From: an uncultured Clostridia bacterium
GTDB taxonomy: Bacteria; Bacillota; Clostridia; Oscillospirales; Ruminococcaceae
Length of the DNA: 45,710 nt
Direction of reading: 5' to 3'
Assembly (NCBI GenBank): GCA_946617595.1
Contig: CAMOKN010000017.1
Span: 1 to 45,710 of the forward strand
A program made the translations under genes and the position numbers. The notes beneath the pieces are model-generated. The model searched no databases and had not been told where the DNA came from. It was given only the letters and a program-made list of their open reading frames with translations. Of this stretch, positions 39,390-45,710 are shown piece after piece. Numbering within the stretch: position 1 is the stretch's first letter; each line of letters begins with the position of its first letter.

Positions 39390-39424
39390 AAGGCTCAGAG
39401 CATCATAACTGCTCTGAGCTTTTT
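39390..39424 (+). terminator. Terminator, copy 2 of a duplicated pair
   Basis: AAGGCTCAGAGCA-TCATAAC-TGCTCTGAGCTTTTT. Confidence 0.8.
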
Positions 39425-39491
39425 CTGTACCATATCTTGACGCAGGTGCTCAAATATGATAAAATAAGAAAAACGATCCACGGAGGAAAAA

Positions 39492-41516
39492 ATGCAGGAA
39501 AGCGACAGCATCACAAAAATAAAGGGCGTCGGAGAAAAACGTGCGCGGCTGCTCGAAAACATAGGTATAACAACTGTCGGCGATATCCTGCGCTTCTTTC
39601 CGCGTGATTACACCGATTACAGCAAGCCGGCACCGATAAGCGAACTTGTGCCGGACGATACTGCGGTGTTCAGGGGGACGGTAATGAAAAAGCTGCACCC
39701 GTACATCTCCCCCAGATATTCGATCTTCAAGCTTACCGTGAGCGACGGCTCAGACACGATGCTGATAACCTTTTTCAACAGCAAGTACAGTTTTGACAGC
39801 CTTGTCGAGGGAAGAGACTATCTGTTCAGCGGAAAGATACGCGGAACGATACTTGCCAAAGAATGTTCTTCGCCTGCTTTTATCCCGGCGGAAAGCGAGA
39901 ATGTGCTTGTACCGAAATATCATCTGACCGAGGGACTCAGTGCGAATGTTCTTACCGGGTATGTCAGGACGGCATTTTCACAGTGTCAGGTGTCCGATCC
40001 TCTGCCGGAAAGCATACGCGAAAAATACGGGCTTGCGGGATATAGAGAAGCGCTGAGAAGCGTGCATTTCCCAGAAAGCTATGAGGCTCTCGAAAAAGGA
40101 AGGCGGCGGCTCGGATTTGAGGAACTGCTCACTCTCCAGCTCGGACTCAGGCTCATCAAAAGCAGGAGCAAAAAAACAACGCCCGTGCAGATGTCGGACG
40201 CTTCACTCGATGATTTTTTCGGCGGACTAAGCTTCAGACCCACGGGTGCGCAGATGCGCTCTGTAAACGAATGCATTTCGGATATGAAAAGCGGTTCGCC
40301 CATGTGCAGACTGCTGCAGGGAGATGTAGGAAGCGGAAAAACACTCGTTGCGGCTGCACTTTGCTGTTTTGCGGCAAAAAACGGCTGTCAGTCCGCACTT
40401 ATGGCACCGACCGAAGTTCTTGCAAAGCAGCATTACGAAACGCTCAGAGGATTTCTCGAACCGGTGGGGATAAGCGTTGCACTGCTTACCGGAAGTACAG
40501 TAAAAAAGCCCGTATACTCCGCAATAGCCGAGGGTGCGGCGCAGGTGGTGGTCGGGACCCATGCTCTGATACAATCGGGAGTTGAGTTCAGAAAGCTCGG
40601 ACTTGTAATAACCGACGAGCAGCAGCGATTCGGCGTGCGGCAGAGGACCGTCCTTTCGGCAAAGGGAAATGCTCCGCACACTCTCGTTATGTCGGCGACC
40701 CCGATACCCCGCACACTGGCATTTGCAATATATGGCGACCTTGATATATCCGTGCTTGACGAGATGCCGAAAGGGAGGATCCCCATAAAGACCTACGGCG
40801 TGGATTCGTCGTATCGGGAAAGGATATTCAGGTTTATCATCAAATATATCTCAAACGGATTTCAGGCTTATATCGTCTGCCCGTTTGTAGAAAAAAGCGA
40901 AACTATGACCGATAAACAGTCAGCAGCGGAATATTTTGAAGCTCTTAAGCAGACCTGGTTCTCGGATATACCCATAGGTCTTCTCCACGGAAAAATGAAA
41001 CAGGCGGAGAAGGACCGCACCATGACACAGTTCAAGAGCGGGGAAATAAAGCTGCTGGTAGCAACTACCGTTATAGAGGTCGGTATAGATGTTCCGAACG
41101 CTGTTATAATGGTGATCGAGAATGCTGAGCAATTCGGTCTGTCTCAGCTTCACCAGCTCAGGGGACGTGTCGGCCGCGGAAGTGAGCAGTCGCACTGTAT
41201 TCTTATAACCGACAGTAAGTCGGAGTACACGAAGGCGCGCATCGACACAATGGTGCGGACAACAGACGGATTTGAGATCGCAAATGAAGATCTTAAACTC
41301 CGGGGTCCGGGAAACTTTTTCGGCGCGGCACAGCACGGACTTCCGACAATGAAGATAGCGGATATCAACGGTGATGTTCTGACGATGCACGAGACAGGTC
41401 AGCTTGCGGAGGAGATACTCAGGGAAGACCCGAAGCTCACAGCCCCCGTGAATATGGGGCTGCGGCGGCTTGTGTCGGGACTTTTCCGTGACAGGGAGAT
41501 ATTTGGGGTGAACTGA
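39492..41516 (+). CDS. recG: ATP-dependent DNA helicase RecG
   Basis: RLLQGDVGSGKT, MAPTEVLA, DEQQRFGV, MSATPIPR, QLHQLRGRVGR and DLKLRGPG motifs. Confidence 0.97.
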   Translation: MQESDSITKIKGVGEKRARLLENIGITTVGDILRFFPRDYTDYSKPAPISELVPDDTAVFRGTVMKKLHPYISPRYSIFKLTVSDGSDTMLITFFNSKYSFDSLVEGRDYLFSGKIRGTILAKECSSPAFIPAESENVLVPKYHLTEGLSANVLTGYVRTAFSQCQVSDPLPESIREKYGLAGYREALRSVHFPESYEALEKGRRRLGFEELLTLQLGLRLIKSRSKKTTPVQMSDASLDDFFGGLSFRPTGAQMRSVNECISDMKSGSPMCRLLQGDVGSGKTLVAAALCCFAAKNGCQSALMAPTEVLAKQHYETLRGFLEPVGISVALLTGSTVKKPVYSAIAEGAAQVVVGTHALIQSGVEFRKLGLVITDEQQRFGVRQRTVLSAKGNAPHTLVMSATPIPRTLAFAIYGDLDISVLDEMPKGRIPIKTYGVDSSYRERIFRFIIKYISNGFQAYIVCPFVEKSETMTDKQSAAEYFEALKQTWFSDIPIGLLHGKMKQAEKDRTMTQFKSGEIKLLVATTVIEVGIDVPNAVIMVIENAEQFGLSQLHQLRGRVGRGSEQSHCILITDSKSEYTKARIDTMVRTTDGFEIANEDLKLRGPGNFFGAAQHGLPTMKIADINGDVLTMHETGQLAEEILREDPKLTAPVNMGLRRLVSGLFRDREIFGVN

Positions 41517-41645
41517 TTTTCCACCGGACAGTTGTCTGTCCGGCGGAAAACAGTGTGTCGCAGAAATGGAGTTTACATTTTTACAGCTCTGTTTCGTGTT
41601 CGTATTTATTATAACACACAATCCACAGATTGTAAATATGCTTAA

Positions 41646-41803
41646 GGGAACCTCTAAAAACCCAATTTGAGAGAAAAAGAGCTATCCACGCCGTCTACTG
41701 CGTCAAACCTCCTAACCGGGCGCCAGCCCAGCTTCGTCGGCTTTCCTTGTATTCGACGCGGCTATCTCATTTTCTCTGTTCAAAGCGGTTTTTAGAGGTA
41801 CCC
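41646..41803. mobile_element. MITE-like long-hairpin element, family A (158 bp), flanked by TTAA
   Basis: TIRs GGGAACCTCTAAAAACC and GGTTTTTAGAGGTACCC (16/17). TTAA at 41642-41645 and 41804-41807. GGG-CGCCAG-CCC apex. Confidence 0.85.
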
Positions 41804-41855
41804 TTAATGCACAAATATACAATCTGAAGACTGTATATTTTATAAAAGGTGTACT

Positions 41856-42059
41856 ATGGAAGAAAAACCAAAAAACAGAGAATCAAAGATCAAAGCAAAT
41901 AACAAGTATAAAAATAAAACTTACAAGAGAATAGCAATTGACATCAGACCGGAAACGGCGGAAGAAATAAAAAATACCGCGAAATCGGAAGGAAAGAGCA
42001 TAGCCGGCTATATAACCGATCTTCACAAAAAGCATCTTGAAGAAAAGGGCGGCAAATAG
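41856..42059 (+). CDS. Small basic ribbon-helix-helix/antitoxin-like DNA-binding protein
   Basis: KANNKY..KTYKRIAIDI..EEIK..A..GKSIAGYI pattern; AAAAGGTG RBS. Confidence 0.6.
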   Translation: MEEKPKNRESKIKANNKYKNKTYKRIAIDIRPETAEEIKNTAKSEGKSIAGYITDLHKKHLEEKGGK

Positions 42060-42063
42060 ATCT

Positions 42064-42220
42064 GTTTTGTCAAGGCGCACATACAAGCAAAATTAATTGC
42101 GAAGCGAGCAGCTTTTGCTTCTTTTCACTTTGAAAAGAAGCGGGTGCAGGGCAGAGCCCTGCTCTTGAGCGAAGCGACGTCTTAATCATCTCGAGCGCAG
42201 CGGCAAAAATCTCAAGCGGA
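42064..42220 (+). repeat. Family D repeat copy upstream of the methyltransferase gene
   Basis: GTTTTGTCAA, GCGAAGC, GCTTTTGCTTCTTTTC-ACTTT-GAAAAGAAGC, GGGTGCAGGGCAGAGCCC and CTCGAGCGCAGCG. Confidence 0.7.
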
Positions 42221-42230
42221 GGCATACGCC

Positions 42231-43355
42231 ATGAAATATCAGCTTACAGCACCGTGTCATTTCGGGTTGGAAAAGACACTGGCATTTGAAATAAAACGGG
42301 CAGGCGGGGAAGATATAAAAAACCGTGACGGACGGGTGGATTTTACCGGTGACGAGAAGACCATTGCAAAAGCGAACATCAGCTGTTCGGTTGCGGAGCG
42401 TATCGGGATAGTTCTGGCTAAATTCCGGGCGGTGGCGTTTGACGACATATTTGAAAACTGCCGTAAGATACCTGTTGAGCAGTTCGCCGGAAGAAACGAT
42501 GAACTGTATGTTGCGGCAGGACATTCTATAAACTCAAAGCTTACAAGTATCCCGGCGATACAGAGAACCGTGAAAAAATCATTCGTTATGCGTATGCAGG
42601 AGAAATACAAGCTCGGAAGACTGCCTGAAAACGGGGTGAAGCTTCCGGTAGATTTTCTGCTGCTGAAAGATGAAATGACGGTAACTCTCGATACATCGGG
42701 TGCAGGACTTCATAAGCGCGGCTACCGTGCATTATCAAACGATGCTCCGATAAAAGAAACTCTCGCTGCGGGTATCGTCGATCTTGCTCACGTAAGAGAT
42801 ACCGACACCGTTATCGACCCGTTCTGCGGAAGCGGTACAATTCTCATAGAAGCAGCTATGAAAGCCGCAAATATCGCTCCGTGTATGAACCGGAGATTTG
42901 CGGGAATGTCATTCGGATTCATCGACAAGGCTGTGTGGAACGATGCGTTTTCAGAAGCAAAAGCATCGGTAAAGACCGATCTTTCAGTTCAGTTTTACGG
43001 CTATGATATCGACCCTGCCGCAGTGAAGCTGACGCTTGACAATGCCGGAAAAGCAGGTGCCGGAAAATTCATCTCCGCCTCAAAGCGCGATATACGGGAT
43101 TTTCACTATCCGTATGACGGCGTGAAGATCATAACAAATCCCCCATACGCCGAGCGAATGGGAGAACTTGATGAGGCTAAAGAAATATACCGCACAATGG
43201 GAAAGGTCCTGCTGCCAAGAGAAAACAGCAGCATTTATGTCATTACTTCGATAGATGAATTCGAGGAGCTCTTCGGTGAAAAAGCAGATAAGAACCGCAA
43301 GCTTTACAACGGTATGATAATGTGCAGGCTGTACAGCTACAATTCACGCCGATGA
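42231..43355 (+). CDS. THUMP-domain SAM-dependent RNA methyltransferase (RlmL/YpsC-like)
   Basis: GLHKRGYR, APIKETLAAG, DPFCGSGT, TNPPY and RKLYNG motifs. Confidence 0.9.
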   Translation: MKYQLTAPCHFGLEKTLAFEIKRAGGEDIKNRDGRVDFTGDEKTIAKANISCSVAERIGIVLAKFRAVAFDDIFENCRKIPVEQFAGRNDELYVAAGHSINSKLTSIPAIQRTVKKSFVMRMQEKYKLGRLPENGVKLPVDFLLLKDEMTVTLDTSGAGLHKRGYRALSNDAPIKETLAAGIVDLAHVRDTDTVIDPFCGSGTILIEAAMKAANIAPCMNRRFAGMSFGFIDKAVWNDAFSEAKASVKTDLSVQFYGYDIDPAAVKLTLDNAGKAGAGKFISASKRDIRDFHYPYDGVKIITNPPYAERMGELDEAKEIYRTMGKVLLPRENSSIYVITSIDEFEELFGEKADKNRKLYNGMIMCRLYSYNSRR

Positions 43356-43382
43356 AAATGCACCCGATCGTGAGGAAATACA

Positions 43383-44255
43383 ATGCACTTCGTTCAGGCA
43401 AAAGGAATACTGAATAAAAGCGGCGGACACTGCGGAATGAACATTTACCGCGGCTGCACACACGGCTGCATCTACTGCGACAGCAGAAGCAGATGCTATC
43501 AGTTTACGCACGGGTTTGAGGATATCGAGGTAAAGAAGAATGCTCCGGAACTCCTCGAAAGCGCACTGCGCTCAAAGCGTGAACGATGCATGATCGGGAC
43601 AGGATCGATGTCAGACCCGTATATGCACTGCGAAAAGGAGCTTATGCTCACCCGTATGTGTGAGGAAATAATTTGCAGATACGGTTTCGGATTTACCGTG
43701 ATAACAAAATCGGATATGATACTACGCGATATCGACATACTTGATGAGATAAACAGAGAGTCGAAATGCGTAGTGCAGATGACGCTCACGACATACGACG
43801 ATGAGCTGTGCGGAAAGATCGAACCGAATGTGTGCAATACAAAACGGCGGCTGGAAGTTCTTGAAGAAATGCAGAAACGCGGTATCCCGACAGTCGTTTG
43901 GCTTACGCCGGTGCTTCCGTTCATAAACGATACCGAGGAAAATATAAGAGCTATACTTAACAGCTGCGCACAGGTCGGAGTAAGGGGAATAGTTACCTTC
44001 GGAATGGGTCTTACTCTGCGTGAAGGCGACAGGGAATACTATTATGCAGCTCTCGACAGGCACTTTCCGGGTCTGAAAGAAAGATATATCCGCACGTTCG
44101 GTGATAATTACGAGGTACCGAGCCCGTATAACAACAGGCTGATGCGCATATTGGAGGATATCTGCGGGAAATACGGAATGATGCACCGTCCGGACGAGTG
44201 TTTCGGGTATCTGAACGAGTTCCCCGAAAAATTCGAGCAGACAAGTTTTTTCTGA
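43383..44255 (+). CDS. Radical SAM protein (SPL/Rv2578c-like)
   Basis: NIYRGCTHGCIYC, SMSDPY, ITKS, IEP and PVLPFIND motifs. Confidence 0.88.
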   Translation: MHFVQAKGILNKSGGHCGMNIYRGCTHGCIYCDSRSRCYQFTHGFEDIEVKKNAPELLESALRSKRERCMIGTGSMSDPYMHCEKELMLTRMCEEIICRYGFGFTVITKSDMILRDIDILDEINRESKCVVQMTLTTYDDELCGKIEPNVCNTKRRLEVLEEMQKRGIPTVVWLTPVLPFINDTEENIRAILNSCAQVGVRGIVTFGMGLTLREGDREYYYAALDRHFPGLKERYIRTFGDNYEVPSPYNNRLMRILEDICGKYGMMHRPDECFGYLNEFPEKFEQTSFF

Positions 44256-44269
44256 AATGAGTTGATGGA

Positions 44270-45529
44270 ATGAACGGTTATGATGTACTTATAATTGGTG
44301 CCGGAGCCGCCGGAATGACTGCGGCTGTTTTCGCGGCACAAAGCGGTGCGAAAACAGCGGTCGTCGAGCGCAATGACAAGGTAGGAAGGAAGCTTGCTAT
44401 CACAGGAAAGGGCAGGTGCAACGTCACAAACAACTGTGATATCGACACTGTGATGAAGAATCTCCCGAAGAATCCGAGGTTTATGTTCAGTTCGCTGAAT
44501 GCTTTTACTCCCGCAGATGTCATGAATTTTTTCGAGAATGAGGGGGTCCCGCTCAAAACGGAAAGGGGAAACCGCGTTTTTCCTGTATCCGACAAAGCTT
44601 ATGATATTGTAGATGCGCTGTATAACAAGATGAAAAAGCTCGGCGTTAAGATCATTAACGCAAGAGTATTGCAGGTGTGTGAAAAAGACGGTGCGGTGAA
44701 CGGTGTAAAGACCGACAAGGGCGTGTATATCGCAGCAAATTCGGTCATCATTGCGACAGGCGGAATGTCATATCCTGTCACAGGTTCGACAGGCGACGGA
44801 TACGGATTCGCAAGGTCACTCGGGCATACGGTAACTCCGCTTAAACCGTCTCTCGTGCCGTTTGAGACTAAGGGCGGCTGTGCGGAAATGATGGGGCTTA
44901 GTCTGAAAAATGTTTTGCTGACGGTCTGCGAAAGCGGAAAGAAAAAGCCCGTGTTCAGAGAACAGGGCGAGATGCTTTTCACGCATTTCGGTATATCGGG
45001 GCCGCTGGTGCTGAGCGCAAGCTCAGTGACCGGTGAGATCTCAGATGGAAAATATACCGCATACATTGACTTCAAGCCTGCGCTCGATAACGAGACGCTT
45101 GACAGGAGAATAATGCGCGATTTTGATGAACGCAGGAATATGCAGCTTGATAACGCACTCAGAAAGTTGCTGCCGGAAGCAGTTATTCCCGCAGTCCTTG
45201 ATGCTGCTGAGATCGCTCACGACAAGCAGGTGAACTCTGTCACAAAAGCGGAGAGATCACGTTTGTGTGCAGTGGTAAAAGCTTTTCCGCTGGAGATCAC
45301 CGGTTATCGTCCGATATCCGAGGCAATAATCACAGACGGAGGAGTTTCGGTAAAGGAGATAGACCCTAAGACGATGCGGTCAAAGCGTTTGAACGGCCTG
45401 TATTTTGCCGGAGAAGTGATAGATGTATCCGGATTTACCGGCGGCTTCAATCTTCAGACCGCTTTTGCTACAGGAAAAGCAGCCGGGATAAGCGCGGCTG
45501 ATGAAGCACTCGGAAAAACCACGGAATAA
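44270..45529 (+). CDS. HI0933/BaiN/YhiN-family flavoprotein
   Basis: GAGAAG, GRKLAITGKGRCNVTN, GSTGDG, FTHFGISGP and GFTGGFNLQ motifs. Confidence 0.93.
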   Translation: MNGYDVLIIGAGAAGMTAAVFAAQSGAKTAVVERNDKVGRKLAITGKGRCNVTNNCDIDTVMKNLPKNPRFMFSSLNAFTPADVMNFFENEGVPLKTERGNRVFPVSDKAYDIVDALYNKMKKLGVKIINARVLQVCEKDGAVNGVKTDKGVYIAANSVIIATGGMSYPVTGSTGDGYGFARSLGHTVTPLKPSLVPFETKGGCAEMMGLSLKNVLLTVCESGKKKPVFREQGEMLFTHFGISGPLVLSASSVTGEISDGKYTAYIDFKPALDNETLDRRIMRDFDERRNMQLDNALRKLLPEAVIPAVLDAAEIAHDKQVNSVTKAERSRLCAVVKAFPLEITGYRPISEAIITDGGVSVKEIDPKTMRSKRLNGLYFAGEVIDVSGFTGGFNLQTAFATGKAAGISAADEALGKTTE

Positions 45530-45545
45530 GAACAAGATACCGGGT

Positions 45546-45710
45546 GAGATTGTCAAAGAAGTCGCTTACGCTTGAGATTGGGGCGCCGCCCCAAACCCCG
45601 GCGGGCTCTGCCCTGCACCTGCTGGGGCGCTGCCCCCGTCCCCGCTACTTTTCAATGTGAAAAGTAGCAAAAGCAAATCCCGTTAAAACGGAACTTGAAA
45701 AGTCACTTCA
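45546..45710 (-). repeat. Family D repeat copy (runs to the window end)
   Basis: TGAGATTGTCAAAGAAGTCGCTTACGCTTGAGA nearly reverse-complements 39358-39390. Also GGGCTCTGCCCTGCACC and GCTACTTTTC-AATGT-GAAAAGTAGC. Confidence 0.75.

Noticed and set aside
43383-44255. Viperin or RiPP maturase
   Set aside because: Motifs fit the SPL/Rv2578c-like group; no SPASM cysteines and no adjacent precursor peptide.

Overview
This looks like a chromosomal window from an anaerobic Firmicute. The gene repertoire suggests Ruminococcus/Oscillospiraceae, which is an inference. The backbone is housekeeping: addB, secA, a cellobiose 2-epimerase-like gene, a 2[4Fe-4S] ferredoxin, dCMP deaminase, rpiR-like, darA-holB-yaaT, a GlpA/LhgO-like redox triad, tRNA-Ser(GGA), a feoA-feoB fusion, recG, an RNA methyltransferase, a radical SAM protein and an HI0933 flavoprotein. 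Signalling genes are interspersed: a hybrid histidine kinase, an MCP, and a paralogous pair of LacI-type sensor proteins with opposite GGDEF and EAL outputs. No integrase, transposase, prophage or CRISPR array was seen. The most unusual signal is intergenic. Four MITE-like long hairpins (three complete, about 160-170 bp) have three different sets of terminal inverted repeats but share an invariant CGCCAG/CTGGCG apical loop on covarying stems. A second repeat family sits at terminators and carries GCGAAGC-type mini-hairpins. There is also an unannotated 56-aa ORF that is essentially a free-standing NPxTG sorting signal, and a broken LRR gene bracketed by identical 29-bp repeats. All calls are from reading the sequence; no database searches were run.
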